64,000 nt of DNA from Candidatus Binatia bacterium (lineage in GTDB: Bacteria; Desulfobacterota; Binatia; Bin18): positions 1 to 64,000 of the forward strand of contig CAXXHG010000039.1 in the NCBI GenBank assembly GCA_963666315.2. Direction: 5' to 3'. This document shows positions 28,156 to 37,552 of the stretch, piece after piece; position 1 is the first letter of the stretch, and each line of letters starts with the position of its first letter. The translations under genes and the position numbers were made by a program. The notes below the pieces were generated by a model, which made no database searches, was not told the DNA's origin, and worked only from the letters and a program-made list of their open reading frames with translations.

Positions 28156-28527
28156 GTGGAAAAACTTGAAATCCATATTTGTACGAAGGCCAAGTGTACG
28201 AACAGGACCGTTGAGGTCAAGGTCCGCACAGATGATGCTGAGCCCGGGGTCTATAACGGGCTGGAACTGCTGACGGCGGTGCGGGAACTGGTTGCGGAGC
28301 GGCAACTCGGAGGCGTGGCCGAAGTGCGTGAGGTGACGTGCATGTCGAGCTGCCCGGTCGGAGCTCGGGCTGACCTCATGCAGGACACTAAACGCGTGCG
28401 CTATATCAAGCGCCAACGGCCCACGGGCCGGCCGGATTTCGTGACGTGGCTCTCGATCGACAGTATCGAAGATGAGATTCAGAAATGGCTGGGAGAGCGC
28501 CTTCTCCCTGAGGGAGAAGGAACTTAA
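28156..28527 (+). CDS. Thioredoxin-like [2Fe-2S] ferredoxin / DUF1636-like metal-binding protein
   Basis: IHICTKAKC...VREVTCMSSCPVG four-Cys pattern. Confidence 0.65.
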   Translation: MEKLEIHICTKAKCTNRTVEVKVRTDDAEPGVYNGLELLTAVRELVAERQLGGVAEVREVTCMSSCPVGARADLMQDTKRVRYIKRQRPTGRPDFVTWLSIDSIEDEIQKWLGERLLPEGEGT

Positions 28528-28578
28528 GGCAGGTGGTTCGTTGACCAGCATTTCTCAGGGCAAAGGAGGATATAAATC

Positions 28579-30039
28579 ATGCGTGTAGCCGTTGGTGGAT
28601 ATTTGGTTGCGGTGAATACCTTTGCCACTCAGAGGATGGGGCTAGGGTTATTTCAGCGCGCAACACTGACGGGAGAGCGCGTGCTGCGCGCGGGTGGGCG
28701 AGAAGGCGCGATTGCCGGCTTCCTCAACGGCGCTAAACAGCATCACTGGGACGTAGTCCGGCTCCAGTTTGTCGTGCCCGGCGTTGGAGGAAAGGTTACC
28801 ACCGAGGCGCATGAAGCGGTCAAAGCCGGCTTTATTGATCTCTTGCGGAAAAATGATCCGGTTGACGGTGTTTTTCTTCAACTGCATGGGACGGCGGTAT
28901 CAGACGACTGCGATGACTGCGAAGGCGATTTCCTGAGAACATTACGCGAGCTGCTCGGCGACAAGATTCCGATCATTGCCTTGTTGGATGGTCATTCCAA
29001 TACGACGCCGTTGATGGTCGAGCAGGCCAGTATGCTGATAGGCGTAAAAACCAACCCACATTACGACTTTGTGCCGGTTGGCGAACAGGCCGCTCAGGTT
29101 ATGGCGGGTCTGTTTGACGGCAGTGTGTCAGCCACAAGCGCGTGGGCCCAGCCGGCCATGGCTCCGGCACTGCAAAAGATCTATATCGCTCCCGGCTGGC
29201 CCATGGAGTCGCTGATGCGCCAGGCGCATAATTTGTCACGAGATGCACGCGTTCTCGACGTGTCGCTGCTGGGCGGCTTTTTCTGTTCCGACAGTCCGCA
29301 CACGGGCATCAGTGTGACGGTGACGACCAATAATGAACCTGCGCTGGCCCAAGATATTGCCGAGCAAATCAAAGCAGCATGCTGGGCCAAACGCCAGGCC
29401 TTTCACACGGATATGGTCCCGGTGGACGAAGGCGTGCGAGAGGCCATCGAGACGGATGATGGACTCGTTGTGCTCGGAGACTTGGCCGACAGTGGAGGAG
29501 CGGGGACGCCGGGTGATGGAACCGTCCTACTCGCAGAGCTGCTCAAGCAGCATGCCAAGGGCGCAGTGGTCAGCAATATTGTTGATCCAGCAGTCGTACA
29601 AGCCGCTATCCAAGCCGGAATCGGCAAAAGCGTCACGCTGACGGTTGGTGGTAAAGTAGACGCCTTTCACGGCGATCCAATTGAGATCAGCGGCCGAGTG
29701 CGGGTTGTTCAGGACGGTGTGTACACCGCAGCGACTGCATTTAATGCCGGAACATATCGGCGTGGGCCGACGGTTGTCGTAGACTGTGGCGGGGTGGAGG
29801 TTATTTTGACTTCACGTCCGACACATGGCTTTGAGGTCAACCATTTCCGTAGTCTCGGGATTGAACCGACTCAACGCAAGATTCTGGCGATCAAGTCCGA
29901 ACTCCAACACCGGGCCGGGTTTGCCGGCATCGCGAGTAAATTTATCGATGTAGATACGCCTGGACTCGCAACCCAGATCCACTCTCGATTGCCGTATGAA
30001 AAGATCCGGCGCCCGGTGTTTCCATTGGATAATATTTGA
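28579..30039 (+). CDS. M81 family metallopeptidase (MlrC-like)
   Basis: LHGTAV..DCEGD, LDGHSN, PHYD, DSGGAGTPGDG, YEKIRRPVFPLD. Confidence 0.9.
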   Translation: MRVAVGGYLVAVNTFATQRMGLGLFQRATLTGERVLRAGGREGAIAGFLNGAKQHHWDVVRLQFVVPGVGGKVTTEAHEAVKAGFIDLLRKNDPVDGVFLQLHGTAVSDDCDDCEGDFLRTLRELLGDKIPIIALLDGHSNTTPLMVEQASMLIGVKTNPHYDFVPVGEQAAQVMAGLFDGSVSATSAWAQPAMAPALQKIYIAPGWPMESLMRQAHNLSRDARVLDVSLLGGFFCSDSPHTGISVTVTTNNEPALAQDIAEQIKAACWAKRQAFHTDMVPVDEGVREAIETDDGLVVLGDLADSGGAGTPGDGTVLLAELLKQHAKGAVVSNIVDPAVVQAAIQAGIGKSVTLTVGGKVDAFHGDPIEISGRVRVVQDGVYTAATAFNAGTYRRGPTVVVDCGGVEVILTSRPTHGFEVNHFRSLGIEPTQRKILAIKSELQHRAGFAGIASKFIDVDTPGLATQIHSRLPYEKIRRPVFPLDNI

Positions 30040-30100
30040 AGAGACAGGGTTAGGGGCTAGGAGTTAGGGAGCAGGAGGCAGAATCTTGTGTTGGTAGGAG

Positions 30101-30547
30101 GTGCTGGTGAACATCAGAAAGATCGATCACATCGGTGTAGCCGTCCAAGACCTGGATAAATATCTCAAAGTGTTTGGTGAGGACTTGGGGCTGGAGATTC
30201 ACGACTTCGAAGAAGCCGATCCGTATGAAGGATTGCGGATTGCCTTTGCCAAGGTCGGCGAAGTGGATTTCGAGTTTTTGCAAGACCGCATTCCCGACAC
30301 GGACGAAAAAGTGACTGACCAAGGCGACATCTCGCGTTGGATACAAAAACGTGGCGAAGGCATACACCACATCGCCTTGCGTGTGGATGATATTGAGGCG
30401 GCTATTCAAGAGGCGAAAGCCAAAGGCATGCGCGTCATCGATGAAGAGGGCCGGCCGGGAGCGCGCGGCTCAAAAGTGGCCTTTATCCATCCCAAGAGTA
30501 CGGGCGGCATTCTCATTCACTTTGTTGAGCGAGACGAACGGTTGTGA
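30101..30547 (+). CDS. Methylmalonyl-CoA epimerase family (VOC)
   Basis: IDHIGVAV, RGEGIHHIALRVDDI, RPGARGSKVAFIHPKSTGGIL. Confidence 0.85.
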   Translation: MLVNIRKIDHIGVAVQDLDKYLKVFGEDLGLEIHDFEEADPYEGLRIAFAKVGEVDFEFLQDRIPDTDEKVTDQGDISRWIQKRGEGIHHIALRVDDIEAAIQEAKAKGMRVIDEEGRPGARGSKVAFIHPKSTGGILIHFVERDERL

Positions 30548-31526
30548 GTAAGCCGAATAGTTTTAGTCCGCATACGTACGGCCGGCCGCTTGATCTGTCC
30601 GCCATCACGCTGACCGCTTTCCCGAGTGTTATCTGGGGCGGTGCGTTCGTTGCGATCAAGATCAGCCTGTTTGATATGCCGCCGCTAGGCGCGGCTGCGC
30701 TCCGATTCGGTATTACTGCTGTCGTGCTCTTAGCCTGGGCCCGGTATCAGGCCGTTGGCCTGCGTCATGGTTGGCCTGAAGTCAAATTGTTAGTCATCCT
30801 TGGCCTGTTGTTTTGTTATGGTAATATGGCTGTCTATATTGGGACGGCGCTCACAACGTCCGGCCGCTCTGCCGTTTTTTTAGCGTCCGGCCGCTTTTCA
30901 TTGCCTTGCTGGCGCCTTTTTTCCTACCTGGAGATCGGTTGACCACAGGCAAGCTGTGCGGACTCGGTCTGGCCTTGGTAGGCATTGTGGTCTTATTCTC
31001 GGCAAAACTTGGCGGGGGACTCACGGATGCGGTGATTGGTGATGCCATCGTGCTGAGCTCGGCAGTGGCCATCGGGGTGTCTGGCGTGATCACCAAGCGG
31101 GTCGCCGGCAGGATCCACCCGGTTGCACTTGTATGTTGGCAGACGTGGATAGCCTGGCCCATCCTGGCTGTACTGTCTTGGAGCTTCGAAGCAGATCAGG
31201 TCTTTATTCTCTCGACCCGGGCGATAGTGTCTATTGCCTATCTCAGTGTGATTTCTGCCGCCTTTGGTTTTGTGGCCTACGCCTGGCTCATTCAGCGTAA
31301 TTCGGCCACACGCGTAGCCGCGCTAGCGTTTCTCAGGCCAGTTTTTGCCGTCATGTTCGGCTGGTTTTTGCTGGACGAGCATATGGGTCTGGTGCAGTTG
31401 CTCGGTGTAGCTGGCGTGTGTTTTGGTATCTATGTGGTGAACAGTAGTGGCCCATCCCGCTCTCGGCCTTTGCCAAGAGAAGAGGCTGCTACGAACTCGT
31501 TGCTTCCCGCAGCAGATGCAGATTGA
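30544..31526 (+). pseudogene. EamA/DMT transporter frameshifted at a T7 run (30875-30881)
   Basis: IWGGAFVAIK...LRF N-half (30544..30942) and C-half (30906..31526) join if one T is added. Could be a homopolymer sequencing error. Confidence 0.75.
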
Positions 31527-32874
31527 GGAAGACATAGCCGGCGGCAAGCAGGCAGCCGGCTCCCATGATGCCCACGGTAAGTGGCGCGCCGATGATGGGC
31601 GCGAGAAAACCCGCCAGCAGACTGCCGATGGGCGGCGCGCCCATGAACATGATGAAAAAGAGACTCATGACCCGGCCGCGCAGATGGTCGGGCGTTAAGG
31701 TTTGGAGCAGGGTGTTGATGGCCGACATGGGGACCATGAAGCCTGAGCCAACCAGAGGAAGGACGAGCATGGATAACCAGAAGTGCTTGGACCAGGAAAA
31801 GAGAATGAGCCCAATACCAAACCGGATAAGGGCAATGGCGACCACATACCCGAGTTTTTGTGTGTCTCGATGTCGGGCTAGTAGTAAGGCGCCAACAACG
31901 GCGCCGGCGCCGGCTGAGCCCATCAACATCCCCATCCCATTCGGGCCGCTGTGCAGAATATCAGCGGCAAAGATGGGCATCAGCACGGTATAGGGGGTGC
32001 TGAGCAGGCTGATTACGCTGATCAGAATCAAGAGCAGCCGAATGGCTGGGGTATGTAAGACGTAGGTGATGCCCTCCCGAATAAAGGTAGCGGTGGAGCC
32101 TGTGGGTAGCCCTGTCTTGGGACGTGGAGGCAGACGCATGGCCAGAAAACCACCAGTGATAGGCAGGTAGGACAGGCCGTTAAAAACAAAACAGACGCCT
32201 TCGCCAAATTGCGCCACAAAGAGGCCGGCCAGTGCGGGACCGAGAATACGTGCGCCACTGACCACGGTCGAGTTCAGCGCCACGGCACTGGTGATATCGT
32301 CGCGGCCGACAATTTCCATTAAGAAACTCTGCCGGGCAGGCATCTCAAAGGCTTGTATCGTCCCGGCAATCAGAGCAAGGGCAAACACCTGCCAGACTGT
32401 AATCCAGCCGCCCATGGTCAGGATACCGAGAACAAGAGCTTGCAGCAGAGCCAGAATGAGCGAGAAAAGAATAACCTGGTAGCGGTTACAACGGTCGGCC
32501 ACCACCCCGGCGAATAGCCCGAACAGCAGGGTCGGCACCTGGCCAGCAAAGGCAACCAGGCCGAGCATGAGCGAGGAGTCGGTCAGCCGGTAAACGAGCC
32601 AGGCCTGGGCCATGTTCTGCATCCAGAACCCGACTCGCGAGACAAATTGACCCATGAAAAAGAGGCGAAAATTGCGGTGGTTGAGGGCGCGAAAGGCATA
32701 CGACAGACGCACACCGAAAACCGTGTTATCCGGCTTCTCTCGGCTGTCTGATGTCGATGCCTGAGCATGCTGCGGGGCGCTCAACGCGGGGCGCTCCCGA
32801 CTGAACGAAAGACCTGAGACTGGAATGCGGCGGCGCGAAGAATGAAAACTTTCTGGTGATGCATAGGCCGCCAA
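31489..32874 (-). CDS. MFS transporter (MFS_3/DHA3-like); true start likely downstream of 32874
   Basis: RALNHRNFRLFFMGQFVSRVGFWMQ, PARQSF, LRGRVMS. Confidence 0.9.
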   Translation of the reverse strand: MAAYASPESFHSSRRRIPVSGLSFSRERPALSAPQHAQASTSDSREKPDNTVFGVRLSYAFRALNHRNFRLFFMGQFVSRVGFWMQNMAQAWLVYRLTDSSLMLGLVAFAGQVPTLLFGLFAGVVADRCNRYQVILFSLILALLQALVLGILTMGGWITVWQVFALALIAGTIQAFEMPARQSFLMEIVGRDDITSAVALNSTVVSGARILGPALAGLFVAQFGEGVCFVFNGLSYLPITGGFLAMRLPPRPKTGLPTGSTATFIREGITYVLHTPAIRLLLILISVISLLSTPYTVLMPIFAADILHSGPNGMGMLMGSAGAGAVVGALLLARHRDTQKLGYVVAIALIRFGIGLILFSWSKHFWLSMLVLPLVGSGFMVPMSAINTLLQTLTPDHLRGRVMSLFFIMFMGAPPIGSLLAGFLAPIIGAPLTVGIMGAGCLLAAGYVFLNLHLLREATSS

Positions 32875-32962
32875 GCTATCTGGGGCTTGAGAAGCCTGTC
32901 AAGGAAAGGCTTGTCCGGTTGCTTACAATATGGTGTTTTGGGTGCCGACAAAGGAGGGGATT

Positions 32963-33865
32963 ATGGATATTGGAGTACTGGTAACGGCAACGGCTGAGAG
33001 CGGGGACCTGGCCGCTGTGGCGCGCCGGGCGGAAGCGCTGGGATTTGATTCATTGTGGATTCCGGAACATCCGGTCATCCCGGTTGGCCATCAGACGCCG
33101 TTTCCCGGTGCAGCGGATGGGGCTTTACCCGACCACTACAACCGTTGGGCCGACCCGTTTATTGCATTGACCGTGGCTGCCGGAGTGACGAATCGGATCA
33201 AGCTCGGTACGGGGATCTGTCTCCTCCCGGAACGGGATCCGATCGTCACGGCCAAGGTCATTGCCAGTCTGGATCTGTACTCAAACGGCCGGGTGATCTT
33301 GGGCATTGGCGGCGGCTGGCTGCGTGAAGAGATTGAGGTTATGGGAACGACGTTTCGTGTGCGCTGGAAACGCCTGCGTGAGACGGTCGAGGCCATGCGT
33401 CTGCTGTGGACACAGACAGAAGCCAGCTACGAGGGGGAATTGATACAGTTTCCTGCCGTGCGCTGTGAACCCAAGCCGGTGCAAAAAAATGGGCCGCCAG
33501 TATTGCTTGGCGCGCATGGGCGGAGAGCGATTGAACGCGTTGCGCGGTCGTACGACGGCTGGTTTCCGCTGGCGCAGAGTCCGCAAGCGTTAGCCACTGA
33601 GATCGCAGCGCTGAGAAAGCTGGTGAAAGAAGCCGGCCGTGATCCTGACAGTGTACCGGTGACTCCGATTGTGGATCCGGAAAATGGCAATCTCTCAGCG
33701 GACAGACTCAAACAGTATCAGGCCGCCGGTGTGAGTGGGGTCGTGGTCTTCAATCAAAAGATGGGAACCGATATTTCTGATGGCAAAGCGCATGAATGGC
33801 TGGATCGGGTCGCTCCCATTGTTGAGCGCGCGCACGGGTGTAAAGGCGAAGCATTTCTCTATTAA
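32963..33865 (+). CDS. LLM-class, putative F420-dependent oxidoreductase (Rv2161c-like)
   Basis: GFDSLWIPEHPVIP, DPFIAL..AA.VT..IKLGTGICLLPERDP, PKPVQ. Confidence 0.88.
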   Translation: MDIGVLVTATAESGDLAAVARRAEALGFDSLWIPEHPVIPVGHQTPFPGAADGALPDHYNRWADPFIALTVAAGVTNRIKLGTGICLLPERDPIVTAKVIASLDLYSNGRVILGIGGGWLREEIEVMGTTFRVRWKRLRETVEAMRLLWTQTEASYEGELIQFPAVRCEPKPVQKNGPPVLLGAHGRRAIERVARSYDGWFPLAQSPQALATEIAALRKLVKEAGRDPDSVPVTPIVDPENGNLSADRLKQYQAAGVSGVVVFNQKMGTDISDGKAHEWLDRVAPIVERAHGCKGEAFLY

Positions 33866-33910
33866 CGAGGAAGGAGTGATGACCTTGGAACAGAAATGCT
33901 TTGCCCCTAC
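33840..33910. repeat. 71-bp GTAG-family REP doublet, copy 2
   Basis: GTAAAGGCGAAGCATTTCTCTAT...GAAATGCTTTGCCCCTAC; same length as, and colinear with, 24528-24598. Confidence 0.85.
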
Positions 33911-35022
33911 GGGGCCAACAATTCATCTATGTCCGCCCAGGGTAAGCCAAACGCCCCGGCAACACCGGGATGGATGACCTGACCGGTCATGGTATTCAAG
34001 CCACGTCGCAGGCTAGGGTTATCGTGCAAGGCGTGCAGGCCTTTATCTGCAAGTTCCAATGCATACGACAAGGTGACATTGGTCAGCGCATAGGTCGAGG
34101 TATGTGGCACGATGGCGGGCATATTGGTGACGCAATAATGCACCACGTCTTCTGCACGGTAGATCGGATCGTGGTGTGTTGTTGGCCGTGAGGTTTCGGC
34201 GCTGCCGCCTTGATCTATTGAAATATCAACAAAGGCTGCACCCGCGCGCATATTCTGAAATAAGCTCTGGGTCAGCAGTTTTGGCGTGCGGGCACCGGGA
34301 ACCAACACTGAGCTGATGACGAGATCGGCTGCGGTTACTTCTTCCTCAATATTGGCCCGGTTCGACATGACGGTTGTTACATGGCCGCCAAGGATGTCAT
34401 GCACGTAGCGCAAGCGGGCAGGATTCACATCAAGGATGCTGACATAGGCGCCCATGCCTACGGCCACCTGACACGCACTTGTACCAGAAATGCCTGCCCC
34501 CAGAATCACCACGTGGCCCGGCTTGACCCCAGCCGTGCCACTGAGTAACACCCCCCGGCCACCATTCTGGGCTTGCAGACTCCACGCACCGACTTGAATG
34601 GCCAAGCGCCCCGCCACCTCACTCATAGGTGCAAGCAGCGGCAATGAGCCGTCATCCAGCTGAATAGTCTCATAGCCCAGCGCGGTGACCTGATTTTCCA
34701 GGAGGGCGTGCGTGAGCTGTTCTTCCGCTGCCAGATGGAGGTAGGTAAACAGGAGTAAGCCTGAACGTAGGAAAGCATATTCAGCCGGCAGAGGCTCTTT
34801 GACTTTGAGGATGAGATCCGCTTGTTGCCAGACTTCTCGGGCTGAGTCCTGAATGTGGGCTCCGGCCGCTCTATACTGGTCGTCGGGAAGGCTACTCCCG
34901 GCGCCAGCGCGGGTTTCAACCACAACCTGGTGGCCGTGGGCGACCAGGGCGGCGACGCCACTCGGCGTGATAGCGACCCGAGTCTCTTCAACCTTGATTT
35001 CCTTGGGAATGCCGATCACCAT
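33907..35022 (-). CDS. ald: Alanine dehydrogenase
   Basis: IGIPKEIK.EETRV, FTYLHLAA, LLAPMSEVAGR, DQGG..ETSRPTTH, HYCVTNMP. Confidence 0.97.
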   Translation of the reverse strand: MVIGIPKEIKVEETRVAITPSGVAALVAHGHQVVVETRAGAGSSLPDDQYRAAGAHIQDSAREVWQQADLILKVKEPLPAEYAFLRSGLLLFTYLHLAAEEQLTHALLENQVTALGYETIQLDDGSLPLLAPMSEVAGRLAIQVGAWSLQAQNGGRGVLLSGTAGVKPGHVVILGAGISGTSACQVAVGMGAYVSILDVNPARLRYVHDILGGHVTTVMSNRANIEEEVTAADLVISSVLVPGARTPKLLTQSLFQNMRAGAAFVDISIDQGGSAETSRPTTHHDPIYRAEDVVHYCVTNMPAIVPHTSTYALTNVTLSYALELADKGLHALHDNPSLRRGLNTMTGQVIHPGVAGAFGLPWADIDELLAP

Positions 35023-35053
35023 GAGTGATCTCCTCCGTCAGCTTTACATAAAG

Positions 35054-35084
35054 GAAGCCCTTCGCGTATACAGGGAAGGGCTTC
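35054..35084. promoter_or_regulatory. Inverted repeat in the divergent ald/folD intergenic region (possible operator or hairpin)
   Basis: GAAGCCCTTC-N11-GAAGGGCTTC. Confidence 0.4.
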
Positions 35085-35122
35085 GCTGATAAGGGAAGTC
35101 CTGCGCATATCTTGAGTGTAAC

Positions 35123-35986
35123 ATGGGAACGGTACTTGATGGAAAGCAGTTTGCCCAGACCCTGCGCAGTGGTCTGAAGGATCATATTGTACACATCCGC
35201 CAACGGCCGGGGCTGCAAGCATGGCAGCCCGGACTGGCGACCATCCTGATAGGCGAGGACTCCGCCTCGCGTGTCTATGTCGGCATGAAAGAAAAAGCCT
35301 GCCGAGAGGTAGGCATCGCTTCGTTTGGCCACCCTCTGCCTGCAACCATCTCGGTTGACAAGGTTTTTGCCCTGATAGCTGAGCTCAATACGCGACCTGA
35401 GGTGCACGGTATTCTCCTCCAACTTCCGCTGCCGGGCCATCTGGACGCCGAGGCTCTTCTTGAAGCGATCGCTCCGGAGAAAGACGTTGACGGACTCCAT
35501 CCCGTCAACCAAGGCCGCTTGCTGCTGGGACAGGACGGCCCTCGACCGTGTACACCGCTCGGAGTGATGCATCTTATCGACCAAAGCGGAATGGATATCG
35601 CAGGCAAACGTGCGGTCGTCATTGGTCGTAGTAACTTAGTTGGGAAACCGCTGGCCCTGCTTTTATTAGAGCGGCACGCTACGGTGACCACCTGTCACTC
35701 ACATACGGCAAATTTGGCGGACCAAGTCCGTCAGGCTGATATTGTAGTGGCGGCGATGGGGCAGCCTGAAGCGATCAAAGGTGCATGGATTAAAGATGGT
35801 GCCATTGTTATTGACGTTGGCATTACTCGTGTCGCGGACGGATCGCTCACGGGCGATGTTGAGTTTGCCATAGCCAAAGAACGCGCCGCCTATATCTCTC
35901 CTGTTCCTGGCGGGGTAGGACCGCTGACGGTTGCCATGCTGCTTGCAAACACAGTCAAAGCCGCTGAAAAGCAGACGAATCTCTAA
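35123..35986 (+). CDS. folD: Methylene-THF dehydrogenase/cyclohydrolase
   Basis: GILLQLPLP, KDVDGLHP, PCTPLG, GRSNLVGKP, PVPGGVGPLT. Confidence 0.97.
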   Translation: MGTVLDGKQFAQTLRSGLKDHIVHIRQRPGLQAWQPGLATILIGEDSASRVYVGMKEKACREVGIASFGHPLPATISVDKVFALIAELNTRPEVHGILLQLPLPGHLDAEALLEAIAPEKDVDGLHPVNQGRLLLGQDGPRPCTPLGVMHLIDQSGMDIAGKRAVVIGRSNLVGKPLALLLLERHATVTTCHSHTANLADQVRQADIVVAAMGQPEAIKGAWIKDGAIVIDVGITRVADGSLTGDVEFAIAKERAAYISPVPGGVGPLTVAMLLANTVKAAEKQTNL

Positions 35987-35989
35987 CCC

Positions 35990-37078
35990 GTGCCCAAACA
36001 CACGCCGCTGTATAACGCCCAGCGTGCCATGGGTGCGCGCATGATCACATTCGGCGGCTGGCAGATGCCCGTGCGCTACTCCGGCATTCTGGCCGAACAC
36101 CGGGCGGTGCGCGCTCAGGTTGGATTGTTTGATTTAAGCCATATGGGAGAGCTCGAAATCAGCGGGCCCCGGGCGCTTGAGGTCTGCCAAGAGCTTTTCG
36201 TGACCGATGTGGCGCGTGTCCAGATTGCTCAGGCCCAGTACACGCCGATGTGTTTTCCCCATGGTGGGATCGTTGATGATGTCATTGTCTATCGTCTGGC
36301 TGAGGATCGATATTTCCTGTGTGTCAATGCCGCAAATACCGAGACGGACTGTGACTGGATCGTCGAGTACAATTACAGCCGAGCTGAGATCATCAACCGC
36401 AGCGACGCCTACTCGCTCATCGCCCTGCAAGGCCCACAGTCGCAAGCAGTCCTGTGTAAACTCACGGCTCTGGACCTGACTCAGATTCGTCGCTATTGGT
36501 CAGCGAGAGGAGAGGTTGCGGGAGTATCTGGTCTCATCGCCCGAACTGGATATACCGGAGAGGACGGATTTGAGTTATTCATCCCGGCCGAGCAAGCCGA
36601 ACACGTCTGGAATGCCTGCTTGGAAGTAGGCCAGGCAGCCGAGCTTATGCCGATTGGATTAGGCGCGCGAGATACGCTCCGGCTTGAAGCGGGCTATCTC
36701 TTGTACGGCAATGATATTGATGCTGAAACAACACCGCTGGAGGCTGGGCTGCAACGCTTGGTCCGCTTTGGGGACGAACCCTTCCAGGGCCGCGAGGCCT
36801 TGCGCAAGCAACAGGGTGAAGGGATAAAAAAACAACTGGTTGGGATCAGGATGGCAGGTGCGGGAATCCCGCGCCAGGGGTATACCATCTGGGACGATAT
36901 ACTGGAGGTTGGTGTCGTGACCAGTGGGACGCAATCGCCCATGCTGGGTGTCGGTATTGCCTTAGGCTATGTTCCGCCATTGTGCGCGGATGTCGGGACG
37001 CAGCTCTCGATTGCAATCCGGAACCGACGTGTTCCGGCCACCGTTGTGGCACGACCATTTTATCAAGCAGGCACATAG
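35990..37078 (+). CDS. gcvT: Glycine cleavage aminomethyltransferase T
   Basis: FGGWQMPVRY, FDLSHMGE, RTGYTGEDGFE, GLGARDTLRLEAG. Confidence 0.96.
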   Translation: MPKHTPLYNAQRAMGARMITFGGWQMPVRYSGILAEHRAVRAQVGLFDLSHMGELEISGPRALEVCQELFVTDVARVQIAQAQYTPMCFPHGGIVDDVIVYRLAEDRYFLCVNAANTETDCDWIVEYNYSRAEIINRSDAYSLIALQGPQSQAVLCKLTALDLTQIRRYWSARGEVAGVSGLIARTGYTGEDGFELFIPAEQAEHVWNACLEVGQAAELMPIGLGARDTLRLEAGYLLYGNDIDAETTPLEAGLQRLVRFGDEPFQGREALRKQQGEGIKKQLVGIRMAGAGIPRQGYTIWDDILEVGVVTSGTQSPMLGVGIALGYVPPLCADVGTQLSIAIRNRRVPATVVARPFYQAGT

Positions 37079-37110
37079 ACAAAGAGACAAAGAGGTAAAG
37101 AGGTAAAGAG
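37079..37110 (+). repeat. 8-bp tandem repeat (ACAAAGAG x2, GTAAAGAG x2) before the gcvH RBS
   Basis: Read directly from the sequence. Confidence 0.85.
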
Positions 37111-37120
37111 GGAGGAGGGT

Positions 37121-37521
37121 ATGGAATTGCCAAAGGGCTACGCTACTCGCGCGAACATGAATGGGTCTTAGTGGAGGAGGACACTGCAACCATAGGGATT
37201 ACCGATTACGCTCAGGAGCAGCTGGGTGATGTGGTGTTTGTCGAACTCCCGGAACTGGATACGCAGCTCACCAAAGATGAACCTTTTAGTGTTGTGGAAT
37301 CGGTGAAAGCCGTCTCCGACATTTATGCCCCGGTCAGTGGCAGGGTGGCGGAAGTCAATGCTGAGCTGTCGCACAGCCCGAAGACGGTGAACGAAGGTCC
37401 CTACGGAGACGCGTGACTGGTTCAGATTGAACTCGGCGAGCCGGAAGAGCTGGATGATCTGATGACTGCAGAAGAGTACGAACAATTTGTTGGAAAAGAG
37501 CAAGAAGGCAACGACGATTAA
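37121..37521 (+). pseudogene. gcvH: Glycine cleavage H protein, frameshift near 37139 and TGA at the conserved Trp (37414-37416)
   Basis: [27 protein letters not shown], lipoyl motif [17 protein letters not shown]. Confidence 0.9.
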
Positions 37522-37552
37522 GGACGATCCACTATCCGGCGTCCACGCCACT

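Noticed and set aside
35023-35122. Glycine, ZTP or THF riboswitch upstream of folD-gcvT or ald
   Set aside because: Only a simple inverted repeat; no recognisable aptamer consensus.
23440-37110. Short tandem repeats and REP clusters as a CRISPR array
   Set aside because: No constant repeats with unique spacers of regular length, and no cas genes.
37414-37416. TGA in gcvH as selenocysteine or UGA=Trp code
   Set aside because: The position is a conserved Trp rather than Cys, the gene is also frameshifted, and TGA is a normal stop in pdhB and iscS.
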